A stretch of DNA of 64,000 nucleotides from an uncultured bacterium (GCA_963695095.1 CAVOFT010000001.1:2016001-2080000), one strand, 5' to 3'; positions 41,106 through 51,993 are shown, counted from the first letter of the stretch. Made by a program: numbers and translations. Notes: generated by a model from the sequence alone, not told the origin.

Positions 41106-41767
41106 TTCCCGCTTTGGTTACTGAAGAAGAGATAGATCAACCCGGCGATCATGCCCGTCACGACAAAGGGCTCCGCGGACTTGGACCAGTCGTGCTCGCG
41201 GAGCTCGGGCGTCGTGAAGGGGTAGCTGGGGCTGGCCACCAGCTCCCGCAGCTCGTAGGGAAAGCGATCGGCCATCAGGACCTCGCGCTGCGTAACGGCC
41301 AGTTCGGTCCCCGTGGCCGCGTCCGACAGCCGGGTCGCCAGCACGCAGATGCCGTGGCGTTCGATCTCCTTGCGCGTCCACAGGGCGCTGCGATCGACGC
41401 CCGTGTAGGCGATGCGCAGCTCCAGGATGCGGAACTCCAGGTGCTGGGCACAATCGGCCGGCCCCGCGGCCACCCCCAGCCCCTGCTGCCGCGCCGCTTC
41501 GGACAGGGCCAGCTCGAGGATGCCGTTGCCCGAGTGCTCGCTGCGCGGAGCGATGAAGATGCAGTCCCCCGCTGCCGCACCCAACTCGGCCAGCGTGGCC
41601 GCAGCCACCTCGGCGGCCATTGCATGGGCGAGGCCGAGGTTGGTCGGCACCGCCTCCACCGTCAGAGGCGCGGGCTCGGCGGCTCCGGCGGGCAGGGCGA
41701 GGGCACAGAGCCCAAGGCCGAGCAGGCAGGCCTGCCAGCGGGAAGCTCGCGGCGAAATGGCGCGCAT
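41102..41767 (-). CDS. Hypothetical exported protein with C-terminal TM anchor
   Basis: GGAG RBS, signal peptide, C-terminal EPFVVTGMIAGLIYLFFS. Confidence 0.7.
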   Translation of the reverse strand: MRAISPRASRWQACLLGLGLCALALPAGAAEPAPLTVEAVPTNLGLAHAMAAEVAAATLAELGAAAGDCIFIAPRSEHSGNGILELALSEAARQQGLGVAAGPADCAQHLEFRILELRIAYTGVDRSALWTRKEIERHGICVLATRLSDAATGTELAVTQREVLMADRFPYELRELVASPSYPFTTPELREHDWSKSAEPFVVTGMIAGLIYLFFSNQSGN

Positions 41768-41795
41768 GGCAACTCCAGCGACTGGGGTCGGGTAG

Positions 41796-41824
41796 GGTAT
41801 AGAAAGCGACCGCGGCAGTGTCAA
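41796..41824 (-). promoter_or_regulatory. Putative sigma-70 promoter
   Basis: Minus strand TTGACA-17 nt-TATACC overlapping the rimO stop. Confidence 0.4.
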
Positions 41825-43230
41825 GGCAAAGCGCCGTCCCGGCGGCGACCCAGGAGATCGTAGACGTCGCTGTCCAGCACCTCTACCTCAATCCATTGGC
41901 CGAGTTCGAGTTCCGCATCGTCCTCGAGGAAGAGGTGGCCGTCCACCTCGTAGGCTTCGCGCGGCGTCCGCAGGGCCGCGCGCGCGCCTGCGAAGGGTGC
42001 GCTCGCCAGGGGATCCAGGCTGCGCTCGGGCGGCAGCCCGTCGCCGCGCTCCGCCAGGGCCTCGACCACCGCCGGCAGGCGCTGGCCAACCCAGCGCCGG
42101 GCGCGCTCCTCGCTGTGGACCATCTGGGCGAGCTGCACGGCCTCGACGCGTTCAGCGATCTGCTCGGCGGGCACGGCAGGCCCCAGAGCCGGCGCGGCGG
42201 TGCCCTCCTCCCTGCTGTAGCCGAAGACGCCCAGATGGTCGAAGGGCTGCTCCGCCAGGAAGTCGAGCAGCTGGGCGAGGTCCGCGTCCGTCTCGCTCGG
42301 ATGGCCGACGAGTACCGTGCTGCGCAGGGTCAGGTCCGGGCGCTCGCGGCGGAGGCCACCGAGCAGCTCGTGCAAGCGCGCCTGGGCGTGGCCGCGGCGC
42401 ATGAGCGTGAGCATGCGCTCGCTGGCATGCTGGATGGGCATGTCGAGGTAGGGCACCACGCGCGGCAGTGCGAAGAGCGCGAGCAGATCGGGCAGCTCGA
42501 CCAGGGTCGGGTGCAGGTAGAAGACGCGAATCCAGGTGAGCGCTTCCAGGCGCGAGAGCTGCTCGACGAGCGGCAGCAGGCCCGGCCCGCCCTGGTCGCG
42601 ACCGTAGAAGCCCGTGTCCTGGCTGATCAGGTTGATCTCGCGTACGCCGCGTGCGGCCAGCGCTGCGACCTCGGCCACGATGGCGTCCGGCGGCCGACTC
42701 TGGAAGCGCCCCCGGATGCCGGGGATCGCGCAGAAGCTGCAGTGGCGGCTGCAGCCCTCGCCGATCTTGACGTAGGCCAGATGGGACGGCGTCAGCAGGG
42801 GCCGCTCGGCGAAGCCGGCGAAGCTGATGCGCGGCGCGGCCGGAGTGAGTTCGCCCGCCGGCTCCCGCTGCCCGAAGAGCGCCGCCAGGGCATCCGCGAG
42901 CCGGTCCTGTTGACCGACCCCGGCCAGCAGATCGATCTCCGGGATCTCGGCGCGCAGCTCCTCGGCATAGCGCTGGGGCAGGCAGCCGATCACGGCCAGC
43001 TTGGCACCCGTCTCGCCCTTGAGACGGGCCAGCTCCAGGATGCGCTCGATGGACTGCTCGCGGGCGGCCTCGATGAAGGAGCAGGTGTTGAGCAGCAGCA
43101 GCTCGGCCGCCGCGGCATCGGCCTCGTGGGCGAAGCCTTTCCCAAGCAGGAAGCCGAGCGCCGCCTCGCTGTCGACGAGCGTCTTGCTGCAGCCGAGGGA
43201 TTCGAGATAGACGCGGCGGGGCCCTGCCAT
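41821..43230 (-). CDS. rimO: Ribosomal protein S12 methylthiotransferase
   Basis: SLGCSKTLVDSE, NTCSFI, GCLPQRY, radical SAM CSRHCSFC, YLDMPIQH, EVDG. Confidence 0.93.
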   Translation of the reverse strand: MAGPRRVYLESLGCSKTLVDSEAALGFLLGKGFAHEADAAAAELLLLNTCSFIEAAREQSIERILELARLKGETGAKLAVIGCLPQRYAEELRAEIPEIDLLAGVGQQDRLADALAALFGQREPAGELTPAAPRISFAGFAERPLLTPSHLAYVKIGEGCSRHCSFCAIPGIRGRFQSRPPDAIVAEVAALAARGVREINLISQDTGFYGRDQGGPGLLPLVEQLSRLEALTWIRVFYLHPTLVELPDLLALFALPRVVPYLDMPIQHASERMLTLMRRGHAQARLHELLGGLRRERPDLTLRSTVLVGHPSETDADLAQLLDFLAEQPFDHLGVFGYSREEGTAAPALGPAVPAEQIAERVEAVQLAQMVHSEERARRWVGQRLPAVVEALAERGDGLPPERSLDPLASAPFAGARAALRTPREAYEVDGHLFLEDDAELELGQWIEVEVLDSDVYDLLGRRRDGALP

Positions 43231-45536
43231 CAACGCCTGCCCTCGCCGTCGAGGTCGTCGGCGTCGAGCGCTTCGGGCCCCACGAGCAGCTCCCGGGCCT
43301 TGCTGCCCGTGTGCGGCCCGACGATGCCCGCGTCCTCGAGCATGTCCATCAGCCGGCTGGCGCGGGTGTAGCCGACGCGCAGGCGGCGCTGCAGCATCGT
43401 CGTGCTGCCGAAGCCGGCCAGGATGACCGTGCGCTTCGCGTCGCCGAAGAGCTCGTCCTCGCCCTCGAAGTCGAGTCCGCCCTCGCGGCGCTGCTCGAGG
43501 TCGATGTGGGCGGGCTCCCCGCCCGCCTGGCGCCAGTGGGCGACGATGCGCTCCACCTCGGCCGTGTCGACGTAGGCGCCGTGCAGGCGGCGCGGGAAGG
43601 GCTGGCGGCCGTGCTTGAAGAGCATGTCCCCGCGGCCGATCAGGGTCTCGGCGCCCGTGGCGTCGAGGATGGTCTTCGAATCGAAGCGGCTGAACACCTT
43701 GAAGGCGATGCGGCTGGGGAAGTTGGCCTTGATGATGCCGTCGATGATGTCCACGCTGGGCCGCTGGGTGGCGAGCACCAGGTGGATGCCCACCGCCCGC
43801 GCCATCTGGGCCAGCCGCACGATGGGCGGCTGCACGTCCTTGCCGAGGGTCATCATGAGGTCGGCGAACTCCTCGACGATGCCGACCAGGAAGGGCAGGG
43901 TCTCGTCCACGCGCTGGCCGTCGCGGTTCAGCACCTCGCCGGCGCGCACCTTCGCGTTGTACTCGCCGATGCTGCGCACGCCGGTGGGCTTGAGCAGCTG
44001 GTAGCGCCGCTCCATCTCGCCCACCAGCCAGTTGAGCGCCGACAGCGCCACGCGGTTGTCCGTGATCACCGGGTGGAGCAGGTGCGGAATCTCGTTGTAC
44101 ACGGACAGCTCGAGCATCTTGGGATCGACGAGGAAGAGGCGCAGGGTCTCCGGCGTGTGCGCGAGCAGGAGGCTGACCAGGATGCTGTTGATGCACACGC
44201 TCTTGCCGGTACCGGTGGCGCCGGCCACGAGCAGGTGCGGCATCTCGACGAGGTCTGTCCAGGTGGCCCGCCCGTCCACGTCGACGCCGAGGGCGACGGC
44301 CAGCTCGCCGCCCGCGCCGACGGCACCCTCGGCCTCCAGCACTTCGCGCAGGCGAATGATCCGCGGCTTGGGGTTGGGCAGCTCGATGCCGACGGCCGCC
44401 TTGCCCGGAATCGGCGCCACCATGCGCAGCTCCTTGCTGCGCAGCGCGAGCGCGAGATCCTCGCGGCGGCTGACGATCTGGCTCACCTTGACCCCGCTGT
44501 CCGGCTCGAACTCGAAGGTGGTCACCACCGGCCCCTGGCTCATCGCGCTCACGCGGCCGCCGATGTTGAAGCTGGCCAGCTTGTCGACGAGCAGGCGCGC
44601 CCGCTCCTCGGCGAAGCGGCGATCGGCGGGATCGCCCTGCCCCGCCGGCGGGTCCAGCAGGTCCAGGGCAGGCAGCGCCGCAGCGGCCCCCCGCGCCCGA
44701 CTGCGCTGGACAGGCCTCTGGGCCGGCGCGACGGCCGCCGCCGTCCCCGTGCGCCGGCCTGGCCCGGCCGACCCCACCGCCGGCGGGCTGGGCGCCCTTG
44801 TCACCCCGGCCTCCGACCCGACGCCCGCGCCATGGGCGACCGGCGATTCGGCTTGCCCGGCGCCTGCGGCCGCCCCCGCCTGCGCGGCCTCGGCCAGCCG
44901 CCGGGCGCGCGCAGCGGCCAGCGCCGCCGCGCCCTGCCGCCAGGCCGCAGCCAGGCTCCTGGCCCCCAGGCCAAAGGCCAGCCTGAGCCCCCGAGCAGCG
45001 GCGCGCAAGAGCCGGGGCAACCAGCCCAGGAGCAGTTCGACGCCGCGCCGCGCGGCGGTCCGCACAGGCGGCGGCAGCAGCAGGGCGAGGCCGATCAAGC
45101 TCAGGAATGCCAGCAGGATGCCGCTGCCCGGATTCCCGAAGAGGCGGCCAAGGCCGGCGCCGAGCAGCTCGCCCAGCCAGCCCTGGCGACTGCTGTCCGG
45201 GCCGCCGAGGGCGGGGGTGCCCAGCCACAGCAGGCCGAGCAGGGCAGCGGACGACCAGCCGACGAGCCAGGAGCGCCGTCCCCGCGCAGACAGATCCGCC
45301 AGCCCCGCGCCCAGGAAGAAGGGCGCGATCAGCCAGGCGCCCAGGCTGCCGAGCAGGAAGCGCTGGCCCATGGCGAGCAGGGCGCCGACGACGCCAAAGG
45401 GATTGGGCGGCAGGCGCCTGAGCCAGCTCACACCGGACACGTCGCCCGTGCCGGCGCCCAGCAGGCTGCCCGCGAGGACGGCGCCGACGAGAAGGGCGAT
45501 CAGCCCCCGGATCGGATGTCGGCGTGGACCGGCCAT
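43230..45536 (-). CDS. ftsK: DNA translocase FtsK
   Basis: N-terminal TM helices, MPHLLVAGATGTGKS, LATQRPS, gamma domain LQRRLRVGYTRA. Confidence 0.95.
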   Translation of the reverse strand: MAGPRRHPIRGLIALLVGAVLAGSLLGAGTGDVSGVSWLRRLPPNPFGVVGALLAMGQRFLLGSLGAWLIAPFFLGAGLADLSARGRRSWLVGWSSAALLGLLWLGTPALGGPDSSRQGWLGELLGAGLGRLFGNPGSGILLAFLSLIGLALLLPPPVRTAARRGVELLLGWLPRLLRAAARGLRLAFGLGARSLAAAWRQGAAALAAARARRLAEAAQAGAAAGAGQAESPVAHGAGVGSEAGVTRAPSPPAVGSAGPGRRTGTAAAVAPAQRPVQRSRARGAAAALPALDLLDPPAGQGDPADRRFAEERARLLVDKLASFNIGGRVSAMSQGPVVTTFEFEPDSGVKVSQIVSRREDLALALRSKELRMVAPIPGKAAVGIELPNPKPRIIRLREVLEAEGAVGAGGELAVALGVDVDGRATWTDLVEMPHLLVAGATGTGKSVCINSILVSLLLAHTPETLRLFLVDPKMLELSVYNEIPHLLHPVITDNRVALSALNWLVGEMERRYQLLKPTGVRSIGEYNAKVRAGEVLNRDGQRVDETLPFLVGIVEEFADLMMTLGKDVQPPIVRLAQMARAVGIHLVLATQRPSVDIIDGIIKANFPSRIAFKVFSRFDSKTILDATGAETLIGRGDMLFKHGRQPFPRRLHGAYVDTAEVERIVAHWRQAGGEPAHIDLEQRREGGLDFEGEDELFGDAKRTVILAGFGSTTMLQRRLRVGYTRASRLMDMLEDAGIVGPHTGSKARELLVGPEALDADDLDGEGRR

Positions 45537-45552
45537 GGCTCGGCGGACCGGC

Positions 45553-46908
45553 TCAGCGCCCGGCGCTGCGCCAGTCCTCCTCCTCGAGGAAGTGGGTGCT
45601 GAAGTCCCCGCTCAGGTAGCGCGGATGCTGCATGATGCGGGCGTGGAAGGCGAGCGTCGAGGGCACGCCTTCGATGACGCACTCGTCGAGGGCGCGGCGC
45701 ATGCGCTTGATCGCCTCATCGCGGTCGGCGCCGTAGGTGATCAGCTTCGCAATCATCGAGTCGTAGAAAGGCGGGATCTTGTAGCCGCTATACACGTGCG
45801 TGTCCACGCGCACCCCGGGCCCGCCCGGCGGATGGAAGGAGGTCACGGTGCCCGGCGCGGGCGCGAAATCGCGCTCCGGATCCTCCGCGTTGATGCGGCA
45901 CTCGATGGCATGGCCCTTGAGCACCACGTCCTCCTGGCGGAAGGCCAGGCGCTCGCCGGCGGCGACGCGGATCTGCTCCTTGAGCAGATCGAGCCCCGTC
46001 ACCATCTCGGTGACCGGGTGCTCCACCTGGATGCGCGTGTTCATCTCCATGAAGTAGAAACGGCCGCTCGCCTCGAGCAGGAATTCGACGGTGCCCACCG
46101 AGTGGTAGCCGACGGCAGCCGCCGCACGCACGGCCGCGCGGCCCATGCGCTCGCGCAGATTGGCGTCCACCGCCGGGGACGGCGACTCCTCGATGAGCTT
46201 CTGATGCCGCCTCTGGATGGAGCAGTCGCGCTCGCCCAGGTGCATGATGTTGCCGTGCTTGTCGCCGATCACCTGGATCTCCACGTGTCGCGGTCGCAGC
46301 ACGAGCTTTTCCACGTAGACGTCGCGGCGGCCGAAGGAGGCTTCGGCCTCGCCTTGCGCCGCGGAGAAGGCGCGCCTGAGCTCCTCCTCGTCGGCTGCGG
46401 CCCGCATGCCCTTGCCCCCACCGCCCGCCGCCGCCTTGATCATGACGGGAAAGCCGATCTCGCGGGCGATCTGCAGGGCCTGCACCTCGTCCTCGACGAT
46501 CCCCTCGCTGCCCGGCACGACCGGAACGCCGGCGGCGATCATCGTCTCGCGAGCGAGGGCCTTGTCCCCCATGCGGCGGATCATCTCGGGATCCGGCCCC
46601 ACGAAGATGAGTCCGTGCGACTGGCAGACCTCGGCGAAGTGCGCGTTCTCCGCGAGGAAGCCGTAGCCGGGGTGGACGGCGTCGGCGCCGGTCACGGCCG
46701 CCGCGCTGATGATGTTGTGGATGTTCAGGTAGCTGCGGCTCGAGGCGGCGGGCCCGATGCAGACCGTCTCGTGGGCGAACTTGACGTGCAGGCTGTCGAC
46801 ATCCGCTTCCGAGTGCAGCGCGACGGTCTCGACGCCCAGCTCCTCGCAAGCGCGCATGATCCGCAAGGCGATCTCGCCGCGGTTGGCCACCACGAGCTTC
46901 CGGATCAT
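45553..46908 (-). CDS. accC: Acetyl-CoA carboxylase biotin carboxylase
   Basis: [46 protein letters not shown]. Confidence 0.97.
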   Translation of the reverse strand: MIRKLVVANRGEIALRIMRACEELGVETVALHSEADVDSLHVKFAHETVCIGPAASSRSYLNIHNIISAAAVTGADAVHPGYGFLAENAHFAEVCQSHGLIFVGPDPEMIRRMGDKALARETMIAAGVPVVPGSEGIVEDEVQALQIAREIGFPVMIKAAAGGGGKGMRAAADEEELRRAFSAAQGEAEASFGRRDVYVEKLVLRPRHVEIQVIGDKHGNIMHLGERDCSIQRRHQKLIEESPSPAVDANLRERMGRAAVRAAAAVGYHSVGTVEFLLEASGRFYFMEMNTRIQVEHPVTEMVTGLDLLKEQIRVAAGERLAFRQEDVVLKGHAIECRINAEDPERDFAPAPGTVTSFHPPGGPGVRVDTHVYSGYKIPPFYDSMIAKLITYGADRDEAIKRMRRALDECVIEGVPSTLAFHARIMQHPRYLSGDFSTHFLEEEDWRSAGR

Positions 46909-47004
46909 GCCCGCCCTTTCAGCAGGGACGCGGCGAACCCGCATCCCTGCTGGGGAATAGCACATCGCGACGCGGGGTGTCCAGGGGCCTTTGCCGGGGC
47001 GGGC

Positions 47005-48132
47005 TTAGACGCCTACGTGGCTTTCGCCTTCGCGTGGGATCCAGGTATCGAGCAGATTCTCCGAGCCCTCGATGCCCGCCATCTTGAGCCGGATCTCGTC
47101 CGGGTAGGTGGCGTTGGCCAGGGCCTCCTCGAGCCGGATCTTGCCGAGCTGGACCAGCGCCAGCAGCGACATGTCGAAGGTGCAGGTGCCGTAGACCGTG
47201 GCGCCCTCGGCCATGAAGTCGCGGATGCTGCCCATCTTCTTCGGATCCTGCAAGTACTCGCGGGTGGTCGCGCAGCCGACCAGCACCTCGCAGGCCGGCA
47301 CGCGGCCGGCGCCGTCCTTGGTGGGAATCAGACGCAGGCCGATGATCCCTTCCAGATTGTGCGAGAGCAGGTGGCGGATCTCGCTGTGTTGATCGGGCGG
47401 GAAGAGCGAGAGCATGCGGTTGACCGTCTGCAGCGCGTCCGTGGTATGCAGGGTCGACAGCACGAGATGGCCGGTGTCCGCCGCGGTGAGCGCCACGCGC
47501 ATCGTGGCCGCGTCGCGAATCTCGCCGATGACGAGCACATCCGGGTCCTGCCGCAGGACGTGCTTGAGCGCGGAGGCGAAGGACAGCGTATCGCTGCCCA
47601 CCTCGCGCTGCGTGACCATGCCGGTGCTGTCGGCATGGAGGAACTCGGCCGGGTCTTCAACGGTCATCACGCTGACCGGCTTGGTATCCAGGATGCGGCG
47701 CACCATGGCCGCCATCGTCGTGCTCTTGCCGCTGCCCGTCATGCCCGTCACGAGGACGAGACCGCGCGGCGCCATGGCCAGGCGCTGGATGACGTCGGGC
47801 AGGTGCAGATCCTCGATCTGCGGCACCGTCGTCGGGATGTGCCGGAAGACCATCGAGATGCTGCCCCGCTGGAGGAAGACGTTGCCGCGAAAGCGGCCGA
47901 GGCCGGGCATGCTGAGGGCGAAGTCCACTTCGTGGTCGCGCTCGAAGGCCTCGCGCTGGTTCTCATCGAGGGCCTGCCGGTAGAGGGCGACCGTGTCTTC
48001 CAGCAGCAGCGACTCGTCGCCGCCGAAGACGAGATCGCCGTTGATGCGGTAGCCCGGCGGCCGCCCCACCTTGATGTGGAGGTCGCTCGCCCGGCGTTCC
48101 ACCATCTCCTGCAGCATCTGCGTCAGTTCCAT
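47005..48132 (-). CDS. pilT: PilT/PilU family type IV pilus ATPase
   Basis: ASDLHIK, GRFRGN, GMTGSGKSTT, EDPAEF, LRQDPD, GEIRD, GHLVLSTLH. Confidence 0.9.
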   Translation of the reverse strand: MELTQMLQEMVERRASDLHIKVGRPPGYRINGDLVFGGDESLLLEDTVALYRQALDENQREAFERDHEVDFALSMPGLGRFRGNVFLQRGSISMVFRHIPTTVPQIEDLHLPDVIQRLAMAPRGLVLVTGMTGSGKSTTMAAMVRRILDTKPVSVMTVEDPAEFLHADSTGMVTQREVGSDTLSFASALKHVLRQDPDVLVIGEIRDAATMRVALTAADTGHLVLSTLHTTDALQTVNRMLSLFPPDQHSEIRHLLSHNLEGIIGLRLIPTKDGAGRVPACEVLVGCATTREYLQDPKKMGSIRDFMAEGATVYGTCTFDMSLLALVQLGKIRLEEALANATYPDEIRLKMAGIEGSENLLDTWIPREGESHVGV

Positions 48133-48252
48133 GCCGTCCTCCGCCGCGCGCCCTGCCGGGCGCTTGCGCGGGGGATCTAGCAAGAACCCGTCCCGCCGCT
48201 GCTGGGGCGGCGGCGTCCACCGGAGGGAAGCATGGGATAGCTCAGGGCAGGA

Positions 48253-48714
<462 letters not shown>

Positions 48715-48741
48715 CTCGTTGCCAGGGGCGCGCCGCGCCCG

Positions 48742-49179
48742 TCAGTCCGCGGCGGCCGCGGCCAAGTGGAGCAGGGCCAGCCGATAGCCCGCCTCGCCGA
48801 AACCACTGATGACGCCCGCGGCCGCCCCCCCCGTCAGGGAGCGCTGGCGCCAGGGCTCGCGGGCGTGCAGGTTCGTCAGATGCACTTCCACCACGGGCAG
48901 CGGCAGCGCCGCGATGCAGTCGCGCAGGGCGACGCTGCTGTGGGTGAAGCCGCCCGGGTTGAGCACCACGCCCGCGCAGCGCCCCGTCGCGCCCTGCAGC
49001 GCGTCGATCAACTGCCCCTCGAGATTGGACTGGTAGAACTCCAGGTCCATGTCGCGCGCCTGCGCCCAGCGCTGGAGATCCCCCTCGAGCGCAGCCAGAT
49101 CCCGGCGGCCGTAGACGGCCGGTTCGCGCTGACCGAGGAGGTTCAGGTTGGGACCCTGCAGCACGAGGTAGCGCGCCAC
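48742..49179 (-). CDS. aroQ: Type II 3-dehydroquinate dehydratase
   Basis: GPNLNLLGQREP.VYG, QSNLEG, NPGGFTHSS, EVHLTN. Confidence 0.95.
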   Translation of the reverse strand: MARYLVLQGPNLNLLGQREPAVYGRRDLAALEGDLQRWAQARDMDLEFYQSNLEGQLIDALQGATGRCAGVVLNPGGFTHSSVALRDCIAALPLPVVEVHLTNLHAREPWRQRSLTGGAAAGVISGFGEAGYRLALLHLAAAAAD

Positions 49180-49768
49180 TAGCGCCTCTTCTGCCCTGCG
49201 GCCGCCGTCGACCAGCCCGCGCCGTCGCCCGGCGAGGGTGCGGTGAGATAGCCCGGCTCCAGCTCAGCCAAGCTGAGTTCGAGCAGGCCAGGGCTGGGGG
49301 TAGAGCGAGGCCGGGCCGGGGCCCCCTGGGCCATCGCAGCGAGTTCCTCGCGGAGATCCTCCAGCTCGGGATCTTGGGCGTCCTCGTCGGCCCAACCCTC
49401 CAGGTAGCGCCCGGCGGCCGTCGCGTCGCCGGCGGCCAGCGCGGAAGCCGCCAGCGCCCGCAGGGCGGGCAGATTGCGAGCGTCCAGGCGCTCGAGCACC
49501 TCCCGGTAGTGGCCCAGGGCCTCCTCCATGCGGCCGAGCTGAGCCTTCAGGCGCGCGAACTCGACCCAGGCCGAAACCCGCTGCGGCCAGCGCGCCAGCC
49601 CCCCTTCGAGAAGGCTCATGGCCTCCTGGGTCCGGCCCTCTCGGCGGGCCAGGGCCGCCAGGGGAACGAAGAGCTCGCTCTCCCCCGCTCGAAGCGCTGG
49701 CGCAGCCCCTGGCCCTCCCCCTGGCTGGGCTCAGAGGACGGAGGCTCCCATCGCGCTGGAGATGCCAA
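49179..49768 (-). CDS. TPR-like protein, apparent frameshift in a G homopolymer near 49682-49686
   Basis: Adding one G gives RQRFERGESELFVPLAALARREGRTQEAMSLLEGGLARWP; AAGGAG RBS before TTG at 49768. Confidence 0.6.
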
Positions 49769-49822
49769 GCTCAACTCCTTGTGAATAATATCGTTAACTC
49801 GATTATGCGCCCGCACTTCGCA

Positions 49823-49851
49823 ACGCTAGCAGAGGCCCCCATGGGGGTCAA
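49823..49851 (-). promoter_or_regulatory. Putative sigma-70 promoter
   Basis: Minus strand TTGACC-17 nt-TAGCGT with extended TG. Confidence 0.5.
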
Positions 49852-49856
49852 CGCAA

Positions 49857-50933
49857 TTATGGACTCGCGAGGAAGCTCGCCAGGCTCTGCTGGAGCCGTT
49901 CGACGGGGACCGCCTCACCCGGCCGGCAGCGCCCCCAGTCCTCGAGCAGGACGAAGCGCAGCCCAGCGCAGCGGCGCTTCTTGTCCGTCGCCATGCCGGC
50001 AATCAGGGCCTCGGCGGCGGGACGGCCCGGGGGCCGCAGCGGCAGACCCCAGCGACCGAGCAGGGCGGCCATCCGCCCTTCCCCCTGGGCCCCGAGAGGC
50101 AGCCCGCAGGCCGCGCCGAGGCGCAGGGCAGCCAGCATGCCAATGCCCACGGCCTCGCCGTGCAGCAGATCGGGCCGCGGCGCGAGCCCTTCCAGCGCAT
50201 GGGCCAGCGTGTGGCCGAAGTTGAGTACCTCGCGCAGACCCTGCTCGCGCTCGTCGGCAGCGACCACGGCGGCCTTGAGCGCGCAGGCGCGTTCCAGGAC
50301 GGCGGCCAGCGCCGGCGTCCGCGGGTCGAGGAGGGTCTCCCCCGCTCGCTCGAGTTCGGCCAGGAACTCCGCCTCGCGCGCGGCGGCGATCTTGGCGATC
50401 TCGGCCAGTCCCGCCGCCAACTCGCGCCGGGGCAGGGTATCGAGGAAAGCGAGATCGGCCAGAACCGCCAGCGGCTGGTGGAAGGCCCCCAGGCTGTTCT
50501 TGGCGCCGGGGAGGTTGACGGCCACCTTGCCCCCCACGCTGGCGTCGGCCTGGGCGAGCAGGGTCGTCGGCACCTGCACGAAGGGAATCCCGCGCAGGTA
50601 GCTGGCGGCCAGGAAGCCGCAGAGGTCGCCGCAGACGCCGCCGCCCACCGCGATGAGGGCGCCGTCGCGGCCGAGTTCCCGCGCGAGCAGCGCGCGGCCC
50701 AGCCGCTCGAGCTGCTCGAGCGACTTGCTGGCCTCGCCGGCGGGCACGCTGAGCCGGGGGTAGCCCGCCAGCAGAGCATCCAGGGCCGGAGCCTGCAGGG
50801 CGGCGACGCCGCTGTCGACGAGCGCGACGGCCGGGCGGCCGGCAAGGGCCTCGGCCAGGAGACCGCTGGGCAGCGCCCGTCCGATATGGATGGGATAGCT
50901 GCGCTCTCCGAGCTCGACCCGCAGGCTGCGCAT
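49857..50933 (-). CDS. aroB: 3-dehydroquinate synthase
   Basis: GEASKS, GGGVCGD, PTTLLAQADASVGGK, KNSLGAFHQP, LNFGHT, HGEAV. Confidence 0.95.
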   Translation of the reverse strand: MRSLRVELGERSYPIHIGRALPSGLLAEALAGRPAVALVDSGVAALQAPALDALLAGYPRLSVPAGEASKSLEQLERLGRALLARELGRDGALIAVGGGVCGDLCGFLAASYLRGIPFVQVPTTLLAQADASVGGKVAVNLPGAKNSLGAFHQPLAVLADLAFLDTLPRRELAAGLAEIAKIAAAREAEFLAELERAGETLLDPRTPALAAVLERACALKAAVVAADEREQGLREVLNFGHTLAHALEGLAPRPDLLHGEAVGIGMLAALRLGAACGLPLGAQGEGRMAALLGRWGLPLRPPGRPAAEALIAGMATDKKRRCAGLRFVLLEDWGRCRPGEAVPVERLQQSLASFLASP

Positions 50934-51958
50934 CAGAAGTTGAAGGTCGTGGCCAGGGCTTCCAGCTCCCGCATGTAGGGATGCTTGGCCATGCCCGGCG
51001 CGTAGAGCAGGAGATCCAGGGCCAGCAGCCGGCTTCGGCGCTCGTCCCAGAAGAAGTAGGTGACGAAGGCGCCCCCGGTCATGTCCCGCTCGTTCTGCCA
51101 GATGCCCGCCAGGCGGACGGCTGGGCGCCCGGCCTGTTCGACCGCGCTGAAGCTGTAGCTGCCCGCCAGCAGGTAGTCGCCGCCATAGAGGCTGTCCGTC
51201 ACGGCGCCGCGAAAGGCGAGGAGGCGGATCGAGTCGGCGAGGCTGGGGGCGCCGCCGTAGTCATTATCCCAGAAGACGCCGAGGACGCGGCTGGGCGCCT
51301 CGCAGTGCAACTCGATGGCACCCAGCTCGGGCCGCTCCTGCAGCAGGTGGTACTCGCCCGGGTAGCGCAGGCTGAAACCGTAGCGCTGCATGAGGTACTT
51401 GCCGCCGCCCTTGTTCTCGCGCCCGCTCAGGAGATAGTCGCGCATGCGCGCTCGCGTGGACTCGCGCATGCGCTCGCGCAGGGAAGTGGCCATCCGCGTC
51501 AGGAGGATCTCCTCCCCGGCGGCCCCGTTGGCGAGCAGGAAGTAGACATCCTGGTCGCGCGCGAAGAGGTCCTCGCGGTAGTAGACGATCTGGCCTTCGC
51601 GCCGCACGCGCTCGAGAGCGTCCTTGCCCAGCAGCCGCTGCACGTGGGCGAGCATGCCGCCGCGCTGATCGATACGCGCGTAGAGGATGATGTTCTTGCG
51701 GTCGCGGTTGCCCGGGAATTGCTCGTAGTCGCGCAGGAAGATGTCGAACTCGTTCTCTTCCTCGAAGACGTACTCGATCGGGTTGCTCAGCGTGGCGATG
51801 AATGCGTCCAGCAGGCCGCTGCGCCGGCCTTGCTCCGTGAAGAGATAGACGTCCGAGTAGGGCCCCACGGCCGGCACGACGCGCTTCTCGCCGCAGGCGA
51901 GGGCCAGGCTGAAGAGCGGGATGAGGGCGGCGAGGAGGACGCGGCGAAGTGACTGCAT
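50933..51958 (-). CDS. DUF4837-like lipoprotein
   Basis: Lipobox LAC; DLFARDQ, GIWQNERDMTGGAF, YAPGMAKHPYMRELE. Confidence 0.75.
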   Translation of the reverse strand: MQSLRRVLLAALIPLFSLALACGEKRVVPAVGPYSDVYLFTEQGRRSGLLDAFIATLSNPIEYVFEEENEFDIFLRDYEQFPGNRDRKNIILYARIDQRGGMLAHVQRLLGKDALERVRREGQIVYYREDLFARDQDVYFLLANGAAGEEILLTRMATSLRERMRESTRARMRDYLLSGRENKGGGKYLMQRYGFSLRYPGEYHLLQERPELGAIELHCEAPSRVLGVFWDNDYGGAPSLADSIRLLAFRGAVTDSLYGGDYLLAGSYSFSAVEQAGRPAVRLAGIWQNERDMTGGAFVTYFFWDERRSRLLALDLLLYAPGMAKHPYMRELEALATTFNF

Positions 51959-51964
51959 GACGGC

Positions 51965-51993
51965 AGGATAGGGCCAGGAAGCGGCCGGGTCAA
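51965..51993 (-). promoter_or_regulatory. Sigma-70 promoter, probably giving a leaderless transcript
   Basis: Minus strand TTGACC-17 nt-TATCCT-6 nt-ATG, with no SD. Confidence 0.55.

Noticed and set aside
41821..45228. 1135-aa RimO fusion, and similar N-terminal extensions on polA, bshB1, bshC, lolE, yjbQ and the 56057 ORF
   Set aside because: The extensions overlap upstream genes in another frame; real starts are downstream
44032..48180. 1382-aa plus-strand ORF and many other long ORFs (for example 2412-4937, 36098-38815, 22660-24942)
   Set aside because: Antisense or off-frame shadows of real genes, expected at this GC content; no motifs or RBS
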